From assembly GCA_947630015.1 (NCBI GenBank), contig CANRFY010000006.1, positions 13,481 through 77,480 on the forward strand: a DNA stretch of 64,000 bases. Direction: 5' to 3'. Position 1 is the stretch's first letter, and the number at the start of each line of letters is the position of its first letter. A program made the position numbers and the translations under genes. Origin of the DNA: an uncultured Clostridia bacterium. GTDB lineage: Bacteria; Bacillota; Clostridia; Oscillospirales; CAG-272. Positions 28,997 to 37,820 of this stretch are shown piece by piece. The notes under the pieces were generated by a model, which saw only the letters and a program-made list of their open reading frames with translations, did not search any database and was not told where the DNA came from.

Positions 28997-29525
28997 ACAT
29001 CTTATGTCCGGTAGGAACGGTGAGCAAATAATCACGCTCACCGTTCACGCGGACTTCCGCGAGCAATTCGATGCGCTGAAAGACGCCGACGTGGACGTCG
29101 AGATTAAAAAGCACCGTCAAAAACGCTCGCTTAACGCGAACGCGTATTGCTGGGTACTGTGTGACAAGATAGCTGACAAGCTGTCTAATGACAAAATCCC
29201 GTATACGAAAGAGGATATATACCGCGAAGCTATATGTCAAGTCGGCGTGTTTAAGGATTTTCTGAATTTAACGCCCGAAGATGCAAAAACGCTGCAGCAC
29301 GCGTGGGAAATGCTCGGTACGGGATGGGTCACAGAGCAGGTCGACTACTCGCCGAACGGCGAGAATGTCACAATACGCTGCTATTACGGCAGCAGTCAGT
29401 ACAACACAAAGCAGATGTCACGTCTGATAGACAGCCTCGTGCAAGATTGCAGAGCGCTCGGCATAGAGACTGACACCCCGGAACAAATCAACAAAATGCT
29501 CTCCTTGTGGGAGCAGGAACGATAA
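28980..29525 (+). CDS. NinB/Orf-like recombination mediator (putative)
   Basis: KRSLNANAYCWVLCDKIA resembles the lambda NinB block NRSLDQNRKLWACLGDVS. Confidence 0.55.
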   Translation: MIGRLEHLMSGRNGEQIITLTVHADFREQFDALKDADVDVEIKKHRQKRSLNANAYCWVLCDKIADKLSNDKIPYTKEDIYREAICQVGVFKDFLNLTPEDAKTLQHAWEMLGTGWVTEQVDYSPNGENVTIRCYYGSSQYNTKQMSRLIDSLVQDCRALGIETDTPEQINKMLSLWEQER

Positions 29526-29540
29526 AGAAAGGAGCTCAAC

Positions 29541-29861
29541 ATGGAGCTGAATAAATGCCCGACATGCGGCAGAATAAAATACATTGCGACGCGTGAGGCG
29601 GAATGCTTCGATTGCAGGGAAAAGCGCTATGAGAACGAGTTGAAGCAAAGCATTCGTGACGGCAAAACGACGTCGACGGTTTTTGAAACACAAATCTATT
29701 GCCCGTACTGCGGTGAAATATACGAAGCAGACGGCGAAGTCGCCCACGAAGAAGGTACTCATGTCGTAGAGTGTATGAGATGCGGGAAGGAATTCACCGT
29801 TGAAACGTCAGTCAGATATTTCTATGACACGACACGGAAAGGAGAGGGCGACAATGGCTAA
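29541..29861 (+). CDS. hypothetical protein with multiple CxxC pairs
   Basis: CPTC, CFDC, CPYC and CMRC pairs. Confidence 0.55.
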   Translation: MELNKCPTCGRIKYIATREAECFDCREKRYENELKQSIRDGKTTSTVFETQIYCPYCGEIYEADGEVAHEEGTHVVECMRCGKEFTVETSVRYFYDTTRKGEGDNG

Positions 29862-30339
29862 TCTCAACATCAGCAAAGCTGTCGTCGGGGGGCATCTTAC
29901 CTCTTGCCCGGAGCTGAAACGAACGCCTAACGGCGTATTGGTTACATCGTTCACAATCGCGGTAAACAGACCGCCAAAGGACGACGGCACAGTGATAGCA
30001 GACTTCATTGACTGTGTGGCTTGGAGAGAAAGAGCTGAATTCGTAACAAAGTATTTCGGCAAAGGCAGCTCGATCTGCGTTGTAGGCACACTGCAAAAGA
30101 GGTCATACGCTGACAATCAGAAACAGCGCCGATATGTGACTGAGGTGATAGCAGACGATATTTACTTCGTCGACTCGAAGGCCGACGCAGGCGCTGCGGG
30201 AACGCAGCGAAACGCCGCGAGCGCTGCAAATTCGCAGCAGACCGGGGCGTATATGCCGCAAGAATATGTCAATCCCAGAACACCTTCCGCGTCTAATTAC
30301 AGTTACGGCGCGGACGAAGATGATGATTTGCCGTTCTGA
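29854..30339 (+). CDS. ssb: single-stranded DNA-binding protein
   Basis: OB-fold N-terminus, Gly/Gln-rich linker, acidic tail DEDDDLPF. Confidence 0.9.
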   Translation: MANLNISKAVVGGHLTSCPELKRTPNGVLVTSFTIAVNRPPKDDGTVIADFIDCVAWRERAEFVTKYFGKGSSICVVGTLQKRSYADNQKQRRYVTEVIADDIYFVDSKADAGAAGTQRNAASAANSQQTGAYMPQEYVNPRTPSASNYSYGADEDDDLPF

Positions 30340-30356
30340 TACATCGGGGGCGAGCC

Positions 30357-31109
30357 ATGATAGACAACGAATATGGTTTTTGCATGTTCTTCGACTGGGT
30401 AGACTCGCTCTGCTATTTGGACCCCGGAGACGCGTGGAGCGTAGTCTTAGCTCTGAAAGAGTATTATGTGACGGGTAAGAACCCTATCGACAGCGTAGAC
30501 GGACCATTAAAAGCTCTCGTATCTAACATGTATCAGCAAATATTGCGCGCCAAAGTAAAATCGGATGCCGGGAGAAAAGGAGCTGCCGCCACAAACAGCA
30601 AACGATATTCTACCGACAACGTGCCGAGCGCAGAGCGAACGCACACCGAACGCATACCGAACGCAGAGCGAACGCACACTGACAACACAGAAACAGAAAC
30701 AGAAACAGAAATATATAATATATCTCCCCCCTTACCCCCCTCTTCGGGGGGGACGAACGGTCAGAGAGAGATATTGTCGCTTGTAGACGGTGCGGAATTA
30801 TCGGACAAGGTAAAAGCGAAGCTGCGCGAATGGCTCGAATACAAAGGCAAAAGCGCTTATAGGCTCGCAGGAATAAGAGCTCTGATAACGCGCATCTGTA
30901 AAGCAGTCGAATCGCACGGGGACACCGCCGTGTGTAGCATAATCGACGACAGCATGGCGAGCGGGTACAAGGGCATTGTGTGGGACAGGCTCGACAGATG
31001 GCGCGGCGAAGCGTCTGCGGCTGACGGTGGAGATTTCAAAACACAAGAGTTTTTCGACTTAGCCGTACAAAGAGGTTTGAAGGAGCAACAGCATGAGGAC
31101 ACAGCGTAA
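30357..31109 (+). CDS. replisome-organizer-like protein with internal iterons
   Basis: Positioned after ssb; the central coding region carries phased DNA repeats (see 30629-30750). Confidence 0.55.
   Translation: MIDNEYGFCMFFDWVDSLCYLDPGDAWSVVLALKEYYVTGKNPIDSVDGPLKALVSNMYQQILRAKVKSDAGRKGAAATNSKRYSTDNVPSAERTHTERIPNAERTHTDNTETETETEIYNISPPLPPSSGGTNGQREILSLVDGAELSDKVKAKLREWLEYKGKSAYRLAGIRALITRICKAVESHGDTAVCSIIDDSMASGYKGIVWDRLDRWRGEASAADGGDFKTQEFFDLAVQRGLKEQQHEDTA
30629..30750. repeat. candidate phage replication origin inside the organizer gene
   Basis: CGAACGCA at 30636, 30647, 30658 and 30669 (11-nt phasing). An 18-mer is duplicated 33 nt apart. (ACAGAA)x4 at 30687-30710, AT-only stretch at 30711-30723, then a C6..G7 hairpin. 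Confidence 0.55.
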
Positions 31110-31701
31110 CACTCTGCATATCAAAAGCGGAGCAGTGATTATCACAGCAATATTCGCAGCTGCAATGATATATGTATCTGCAGCATGCAGTGACACTAAC
31201 GACGACCCGGCTACACCGAGCTGCACCGTGAATGTGGCGAAGCCTGAGCAGCCGAGCACGGCGCTGGATCACATCAACGTATGCACGTTTACGACGGTCA
31301 GCAGCTGGCAGCCTGACCCGGCAGACGTAGAGGCATGTGCGAAGATGCTCTACCGGGAATGCCGCGGCGTAGAATCCACTACGGAGCAGGCGGCGACATT
31401 ATGGTGTGTGCTTAACCGTGTAGACAGCGACGCGTACCCTGACACGCTTATCGACGTTCTCAGACAACCCGCGCAATTCGCATACGACTACGACACCCCC
31501 GTGTGCGATGAGCTCCGCGAGCTCGCCGAAGACGTGCTCACGAGGCATCACCGTGAGCAGCTTGGAGAGGAAAACGTCGGGCGGGTACTCCCCCGGGAAT
31601 ACCTGTATTTCGTCGGTGACGGTCAAAGAAATCACTTTATGCGCGAATGGAAAAGCGGCGAGTACTGGACGTGGGAATTGGAGTCACCTTATGAAGATTA
31701 G
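31093..31701 (+). CDS. SleB-like cell-wall hydrolase with lipoprotein-type signal
   Basis: MLYRECRGVESTTEQAATLWCVLNRV...QPAQFAY (Hydrolase_2 pattern); N-terminal hydrophobic segment ending SAAC|S. Confidence 0.7.
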   Translation: MRTQRNTLHIKSGAVIITAIFAAAMIYVSAACSDTNDDPATPSCTVNVAKPEQPSTALDHINVCTFTTVSSWQPDPADVEACAKMLYRECRGVESTTEQAATLWCVLNRVDSDAYPDTLIDVLRQPAQFAYDYDTPVCDELRELAEDVLTRHHREQLGEENVGRVLPREYLYFVGDGQRNHFMREWKSGEYWTWELESPYED

Positions 31702-32104
31702 ATTCACAGTCGAAGGCGATCCGTTCGGCAAGCAGCGTCCGAGACACAACAGGCAGGCAAACGTAACATATACGCCGGCTGAGACTAAGCAGCACGAGCA
31801 GGTTATAGCGTGGGCCTACAAACGGCAGTGCGGAGCGTTTAGGTTTTCGCCCGGCTCGTATGTCAGTATGTGTGTGATAGCGTACATACGTATTCCGAAA
31901 AGCGCAACAAAGGTCACAAAGAGCAAGATGCTCAGCGGCGAGATTCGCCCCACCGTCAAACCTGACTGGGACAACATCGGAAAGCTCGTCGCAGACGCGC
32001 TTAACGGAGTGGCATATGACGACGACAAGTGTATCGTTGACGCGCAAGTCAAAAAAATTTATTCAGACCATCCTCGCACAGACATAATCCTGCAAGGAGA
32101 ATAA
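31691..32104 (+). CDS. rusA: RusA-family Holliday-junction resolvase
   Basis: GDPFGKQRPRH...KPDWDNIGKLVADALNGVAYDDDKCIV. Confidence 0.85.
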   Translation: MKIRFTVEGDPFGKQRPRHNRQANVTYTPAETKQHEQVIAWAYKRQCGAFRFSPGSYVSMCVIAYIRIPKSATKVTKSKMLSGEIRPTVKPDWDNIGKLVADALNGVAYDDDKCIVDAQVKKIYSDHPRTDIILQGE

Positions 32105-32155
32105 TCAAAATCAAAGGTCGCCCCGCCAAACAAGGGGGCAAGACAAGGAGTATTT

Positions 32156-33535
32156 GTGGACAATGTTAATGACCGCAACAACAAAATCGTGTATCTGCCG
32201 ACGGACGTGCTTGTGCCGCATCCGCACAATCCGCGCACTGATCTCGGAGATCTGTCAGAGCTCGCGGACAGTATCAAGAAGGTCGGAGTGCTGCAAAACC
32301 TCACCGTCGTAGACAACGGGGACGGCAAGTATACCATCATCATCGGGCATCGCAGGACGGCAGCAGCGCTCATAGCGGGAGTTAAAACAGTCCCGTGCGT
32401 CATCGTTGACATGACGCCTGCGGAGCAGATGAGAACAATGCTGCTCGAAAATATACAGCGTTCCGATCTGACGGTATACGATCAGGCACGCGGCTTTCAG
32501 ATGTTAATAGAGCTTGGCGACAGCGTAGACACGATCTCGGACAAGACGGGCTTTTCGCAGACTACGGTGCGCCGCCGCTTGAAGATGATGGAACTCAACC
32601 AGGACAAGCTGAAAGAAGTCTCGTCGCGTCAGATCTCACTGACAGATTTCGACCGACTTGCAGAGATTGAAAGCCTCGAGAAACGGAACGAAGTTCTCGA
32701 ATCAATCGGTACGAATAACTTTGAGCAGAACATTACATGGGCGCTGAAACAGCAGACGATAGGCAAAAACCTGCCCCTTGCCAAAGCGGAGATAATAAAA
32801 CTCAAAGCACGTAAGATAGAACTCCACGATACATGGGGCGGTAAGTATGAGCAAGTCGTCGCCTCGTCCAGTATCGCAGAATGGAATCCGGGCGACGAGC
32901 TCGTTCCGGCCGACGTGATCCGAAGCGGAAAGCAGCTCTATTATGTGCTCGATGAGAAATACGGTCGGGTGAGCTTCTATACAGAACGCAAACGGGCAAA
33001 TCCGGTGAAGCGTCCGCAGAGCGAGATCGACCGCGAGAAGTATATAGCTGACACGCGCGAGAAATTAGAGGCGTTGTCGACGACGGCGAACGAGCTACGC
33101 AGGAATTTCGTTTCTCGGTCGAGGCTGACGAAAGCGAATGAACGGCTGATGCTTGACGGCGTCGTAAATGCCGTCATGCTATCGTATGACAAGTACTGTA
33201 GCTCGGGACGTGGCGAGCTGGTCATGCTTCTCGGCATGGAATGGGATTACGGACATGCCGATGAAAGCGATGCGAAGATGCGCGACTCCGTGAACGCAAA
33301 TTACGAAAAGTGCGTGCCGACGATCATTTACAGCGCATTCGGGAACATGGATTTCGAGCGCTTCTACACACGATATTCCGGCGCATTCCCGGAGTATCAG
33401 AAAAACAAAATGTTGACCGCCGTGTACGACTGGCTCGTGTCGGTCGGATATGAGATGTCGGACGACGAGCGGATGCTTTACGACGGCACACACCCGCTGT
33501 TCGTGGATAAGGATAAGGAGGATGGCAGCAAATGA
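32156..33535 (+). CDS. ParB/Srx-fold N-terminal domain protein
   Basis: LVPHPHNPR...GVLQNLTVV...IIIGHRRTAAAL (canonical GxRR); GTG start with an AAGGAG RBS. Confidence 0.8.
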   Translation: MDNVNDRNNKIVYLPTDVLVPHPHNPRTDLGDLSELADSIKKVGVLQNLTVVDNGDGKYTIIIGHRRTAAALIAGVKTVPCVIVDMTPAEQMRTMLLENIQRSDLTVYDQARGFQMLIELGDSVDTISDKTGFSQTTVRRRLKMMELNQDKLKEVSSRQISLTDFDRLAEIESLEKRNEVLESIGTNNFEQNITWALKQQTIGKNLPLAKAEIIKLKARKIELHDTWGGKYEQVVASSSIAEWNPGDELVPADVIRSGKQLYYVLDEKYGRVSFYTERKRANPVKRPQSEIDREKYIADTREKLEALSTTANELRRNFVSRSRLTKANERLMLDGVVNAVMLSYDKYCSSGRGELVMLLGMEWDYGHADESDAKMRDSVNANYEKCVPTIIYSAFGNMDFERFYTRYSGAFPEYQKNKMLTAVYDWLVSVGYEMSDDERMLYDGTHPLFVDKDKEDGSK

Positions 33536-35346
33536 GCGCAGGATCATCAATCGCTCCGGCTTCGATGGGCGAAGAGTTTTTCCCGACGCCGCGGGAGCTG
33601 ATCGACAAAATGCTTTCCGGGCTTGACTTTGCGTTCATTAACACAGTTTTGGAGCCGAGCGCGGGCAAGGGAGATATTGTTGAGAGATTGCTTGAAAAAG
33701 ACTATATGCCTTGGGGGGCATCCGACAATCGCTTCCGCCACATTCGCTGCGTTGATTGTGTTGAGATTAATCCGGAACTGAGGAGCATTCTCAGATACAA
33801 TTACGGCGACGGGAGGGCAAGCAAAGCTCAGACTGTACTACGCCAAATCAAAAAAATAGAAGATGAGCGCTCCCTGACAAGCGCAGAAAAAATGATGGAG
33901 AACGATGCCGCAAAGCAACGCGGTTTCGCAACGTCAGGCGTCGTTCATGTGGTCTACGATGATTTTCTCCGGTACGAGCCATTCAAAGAGTATGACCTTA
34001 TAATCATGAACCCGCCGTTTTCCGAGGGAGACAAGCATCTCATAAAGGCGATAGAAATACAGAAAAACGGAGGCGCGATCGTCTGTCTGTTGAACGCAGA
34101 AACGATTAAGAATCCGTACACAAACCAGAGGCAGCACCTTATCAAGCTGTTGAATGAGTACGGAGCCGAAATCAGATACATTCAAGGCGCGTTCGATCAT
34201 GCCGAAAGACGTACAGACGTAGAGGTGGCACTTGTAAAAATAGCTATACCGCGCAGGATCGCTGAGAGCGAATTTTACGAGCGCATGAAAAAGGCGGAAC
34301 ATATAGACGACGAAAGCTTTGCCTCAGCTTCAACGGACGTTGATGTGACGGACTACATAAAATCCGCTGTGGCACATTATCGAGTGGAAGTCAAGGCAGG
34401 CATAGAACTTATTCGACAGTTCAGAGCGCTTAAACCGTATATGAGAAGTTCTTTTGACGAAAAAGAGACCGGTACAATACTCCGTCTTACGGATTCGTGC
34501 GACAGAGGATATGATGACGTATCTGTCAACAGCTATGCGTCAAAGACAAGGCTCAAATACTGGAGAGCGCTGCTCTCAAATCCCAAATTCGTCGGCAAGC
34601 TGACAAGCAAATTGCAGGAAGAATACCGCAGAAAAGTTGACCGACTGCAAGAATATGACTTCAACGAGTTTAACATCGAGGCGCTTTCGGTGCAAATCAT
34701 GTCAGAGGTGCGGCGCGGGATCGAGGAAGAAATAGCGGCCATGTTTGACCGTCTTTCCGCTTCTCACAGTTGGTACGGCGACGATTCGACTAACCGTCAT
34801 TATTACGATGGATGGGCGACGAACAAGGCATGGAAAATCAACAAAAAAGTCATATTGCCGTGCTACGGAGTGTTTAGCGAGTGGAGCGGACGTCCTGAAG
34901 TATATAAAGCGGTTGACGTTCTGTCGGACATCGAGCGCATTTTCAATTTCTTCGATGGCAAAATGACTGCCGACGTCGATCTTGCAATGACCTTGAAAGA
35001 TAATTTTGCAGCCGGGATTACGAGAAACATTCGGTGCAAATTCTTCGAGGCGACGTTCTACAAAAAAGGGACCGTCCACATCGTGTTTTCGGATATGGAG
35101 CTTCTCGAACGCTTCAACATATACGCAGCGCGAAACCGCGGATGGCTGCCGCCGTCCTACGGCAAAAAGAAATATTCCAATCTGACTGACGATGAAAAGA
35201 AAGTCGTCGACAGTTTCCAGGGCGAGGCGGCGTACGAAAAAGTCGTCGCAAGAGCCGACTATTATCTCTCTACTGCTGTCAGCGGATATCTGGCAGACTC
35301 AGAATTAAGAACAGAAGGAGCAAAGAATGAAATTCAAACAGATTGA
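33532..35346 (+). CDS. orphan N6-adenine DNA methyltransferase with large C-terminal extension
   Basis: Motif I VLEPSAGKGDI and motif IV IIMNPPFS; no cognate endonuclease gene nearby. Confidence 0.8.
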   Translation: MSAGSSIAPASMGEEFFPTPRELIDKMLSGLDFAFINTVLEPSAGKGDIVERLLEKDYMPWGASDNRFRHIRCVDCVEINPELRSILRYNYGDGRASKAQTVLRQIKKIEDERSLTSAEKMMENDAAKQRGFATSGVVHVVYDDFLRYEPFKEYDLIIMNPPFSEGDKHLIKAIEIQKNGGAIVCLLNAETIKNPYTNQRQHLIKLLNEYGAEIRYIQGAFDHAERRTDVEVALVKIAIPRRIAESEFYERMKKAEHIDDESFASASTDVDVTDYIKSAVAHYRVEVKAGIELIRQFRALKPYMRSSFDEKETGTILRLTDSCDRGYDDVSVNSYASKTRLKYWRALLSNPKFVGKLTSKLQEEYRRKVDRLQEYDFNEFNIEALSVQIMSEVRRGIEEEIAAMFDRLSASHSWYGDDSTNRHYYDGWATNKAWKINKKVILPCYGVFSEWSGRPEVYKAVDVLSDIERIFNFFDGKMTADVDLAMTLKDNFAAGITRNIRCKFFEATFYKKGTVHIVFSDMELLERFNIYAARNRGWLPPSYGKKKYSNLTDDEKKVVDSFQGEAAYEKVVARADYYLSTAVSGYLADSELRTEGAKNEIQTD

Positions 35347-35938
35347 AAAGCTGCTCAAGCGTGAGCAGGACATCGTTATCGTAAGCACGCCGTCGTGTCA
35401 ATTTCTCGGCAGCAGTATGGCGCTCTACCCTATATATGGGCTCCCGGTGCTCACACAGCACAACATATTCGGCGTGCTCGATGTTTCAGACATCAAAAGC
35501 GAATCGTACTCCGTGCGGGAAATCGACGTCGAAAACAAAAATGTAAATCTGCCGATAGACCTTTCCGACAGCATCGCCGATGAAATACTTCTCGACAGAG
35601 GAAACATACAATTCGCGGTGAACGGACGAGCCGTCGAGCCGCTCACTTCCTCAAAAGGACTTATTCTGATAGACACAGACTATCTACGACCGTTCGACGA
35701 TACCCCGGGATATGAACTGTACGAGCGCACCGCGAGAGATGGGTCCATATACATCGCTGCGAAAAAGGGATTCTCTCTGCTCGGCATTATTCTCCCATTC
35801 ACAAAGCCTATCAACAAAAACTTCGCAGCCTCGATCCGCGAGATATATATGCAGCTCAACATCGCTATATCGTACGCCGAACGCATGTCGCGCAATCAGC
35901 AGATAAGTATAGACGCGGAGACCGACGAGGACGAATGA
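35327..35938 (+). CDS. hypothetical phage protein
   Basis: 203-aa ORF, GAAGGAG RBS, overlaps its neighbours. Confidence 0.55.
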   Translation: MKFKQIEKLLKREQDIVIVSTPSCQFLGSSMALYPIYGLPVLTQHNIFGVLDVSDIKSESYSVREIDVENKNVNLPIDLSDSIADEILLDRGNIQFAVNGRAVEPLTSSKGLILIDTDYLRPFDDTPGYELYERTARDGSIYIAAKKGFSLLGIILPFTKPINKNFAASIREIYMQLNIAISYAERMSRNQQISIDAETDEDE

Positions 35939-36330
35939 ACATGAAAATAAGAATGCTCAAAACGGTACGAGTCGACTACCCGCTTTGCTATCTGCATCCC
36001 GACATGGTGCTTTGGGAAGGCGAAGTATATGATGCGCTGCGAAGTATGAGCGGAGCGGTCAGCGCTATGTGTGAGAACGGTGCGATGCTGGGCGTTAAGC
36101 CGACAGAATTTGAAATTGTGAGAGCAGAGGAAAAGATGAAAGAGACGATAGAAGCCAGGGCGGTGAAAGTCGCCGCGAAGGTGATGCAAGCCGCAGGACT
36201 GTGCAGATGCGACACTCCTATGAATTGTCCCCGGCTGCACACGGATCCGAAAACGTGCGATGATTGCATTAGACGGTGGTTGTTAATCAAAGCCAAAAGA
36301 GAACTGGAAAGAGAGGACGCTGCGAAATGA
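35935..36330 (+). CDS. hypothetical phage protein
   Basis: 131-aa ORF, translationally coupled. Confidence 0.55.
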   Translation: MNMKIRMLKTVRVDYPLCYLHPDMVLWEGEVYDALRSMSGAVSAMCENGAMLGVKPTEFEIVRAEEKMKETIEARAVKVAAKVMQAAGLCRCDTPMNCPRLHTDPKTCDDCIRRWLLIKAKRELEREDAAK

Positions 36331-36560
36331 GATTTCCTACCGAAAAACAGATTGAAGCGATCCGAAAGGCATTTCCTCCCGGAACGCGGGTAGAATTGGT
36401 AGCTATGAAAGACCCCCAAGCGCCGCCAGTCGGCACCAAAGGAACGGTAGCCGGCGTTGACGATATAGGATCGCTCATAATGTTATGGGACAACGGCAGC
36501 GGGCTTAACGTCGCGTATGGCAAAGATTACGTCAGAAAGGTAAAGGAGGACACCGAATGA
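36327..36560 (+). CDS. small conserved phage protein (DUF4314-like)
   Basis: PPGTRVELVAMKDPQAPPVGTKGTVAGVDDIGSLIMLWDNGSGLNV; ATGA overlap. Confidence 0.55.
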   Translation: MRFPTEKQIEAIRKAFPPGTRVELVAMKDPQAPPVGTKGTVAGVDDIGSLIMLWDNGSGLNVAYGKDYVRKVKEDTE

Positions 36561-36808
36561 GAGGTGACAGCATAAACGAAAAAGACATGGAGCGGATCGC
36601 CGACGCCATCCACGACCTCGCCTCATTGACAGAAATCAGCTTTGAAGAAGCGAACATGGCAATCTACAGAGCGATGGGGCTGTTAAAATTCGACCCGCAG
36701 AGAGAAATCGCGCTGATCCGAATGAACCCTTCCCTGTCCCGGTTTCAAAAATGGAGATTGACAAGGCGCATCCTTTTAGACGCAAAGAGGAAGGAGAAAG
36801 CACGATGA
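36557..36808 (+). CDS. hypothetical phage protein
   Basis: 83-aa coupled ORF. Confidence 0.5.
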   Translation: MRGDSINEKDMERIADAIHDLASLTEISFEEANMAIYRAMGLLKFDPQREIALIRMNPSLSRFQKWRLTRRILLDAKRKEKAR

Positions 36809-37140
36809 AAAAAGAGGAGGCCATCGCTCAGCTGCGGGACTTGATCCGGGACAGGCAGTCGTTTCTCGACAAGTCCGAGCCGAACAGCGTGTTTCAGGAC
36901 GATATCGACGCGCTCGAATATGCCGTAAATCATTTGCAGGAACATGTTCAGAATTTGCCATGCTCACACGGCGAGGGCGTGACCGTGCGTCCTGACGGTG
37001 TGCATGAGCTGTCACCGCATGCGTACAAACTGACGCAGAGGCTACGCAACGTGACGGTGGAAGTGCTGACATGCGAGAAATGCGGTGATGTATCGGTAGC
37101 GTGGCATCGGCAGGACGATACGGAAGAGGTGGATGAATGA
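36805..37140 (+). CDS. hypothetical phage protein (C-terminal CxxC)
   Basis: ATGA overlap; LTCEKCGD. Confidence 0.5.
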   Translation: MKKEEAIAQLRDLIRDRQSFLDKSEPNSVFQDDIDALEYAVNHLQEHVQNLPCSHGEGVTVRPDGVHELSPHAYKLTQRLRNVTVEVLTCEKCGDVSVAWHRQDDTEEVDE

Positions 37141-37820
37141 AGCCGATATTATTCAACAGTGAGATGGTACGCGCGATACTCGACGACCGAAAGACGGCGA
37201 CAAGACGGGTGATTAAGCCGCAGCCGCTTTTCTTCACAGGAAGAAAATATATCTTTGCAGATGATGAAATTCCTAAGAAGTGGAAGGATTGTGACGATTT
37301 CGTTGGGACGTATCAATATCAGCCCGGCGATATCCTTTATGTGCGTGAGACGTTCGGCTACTCTGCATATGCTGCATGGGACGGTATAACGTATTACAGA
37401 GCAGACGCAGACGACGAAACAGAGCGAATTGTCAAAGCAGGAAGTGGTTGGCGCCCCTCAATACATATGCCGAAAGAGGCAGCGCGGATATTTCTGCGCG
37501 TCAACAAAGTGCGCGTAGAACAATTACAGGATATTGATGAAGATGGCGTAATAGCCGAGGGAGCAGAACCGCTGATAGTATGTTCTCGTGAGCATGGTAT
37601 CTATTATCCCGAAGGTGGTGCAGAAATGTGTTGGAATGTTCATACATGCTCAAATTGCCCTATATTCAAAAGCTATCCCGAATTGTTCGGAGAAAAAGTG
37701 TGGAATCGAACCGTTAAATCGGCTGATCTTTCACGTTACGGATGGGACGCAAATCCCTTTGTATGGGTGACCGAGTTTGAGCGGATAAGCAGAGAGGAGG
37801 CGCACAAAAATGGACACTGA
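37137..37820 (+). CDS. ASCH/PUA-like domain protein
   Basis: N-terminus ILFNSEMVRAILDDRKTATRR...PGDILYVRE...WRPSIHMP matches the ASCH pattern (compare YqfB ...ILAGRKTITIR). Confidence 0.6.
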   Translation: MKPILFNSEMVRAILDDRKTATRRVIKPQPLFFTGRKYIFADDEIPKKWKDCDDFVGTYQYQPGDILYVRETFGYSAYAAWDGITYYRADADDETERIVKAGSGWRPSIHMPKEAARIFLRVNKVRVEQLQDIDEDGVIAEGAEPLIVCSREHGIYYPEGGAEMCWNVHTCSNCPIFKSYPELFGEKVWNRTVKSADLSRYGWDANPFVWVTEFERISREEAHKNGH

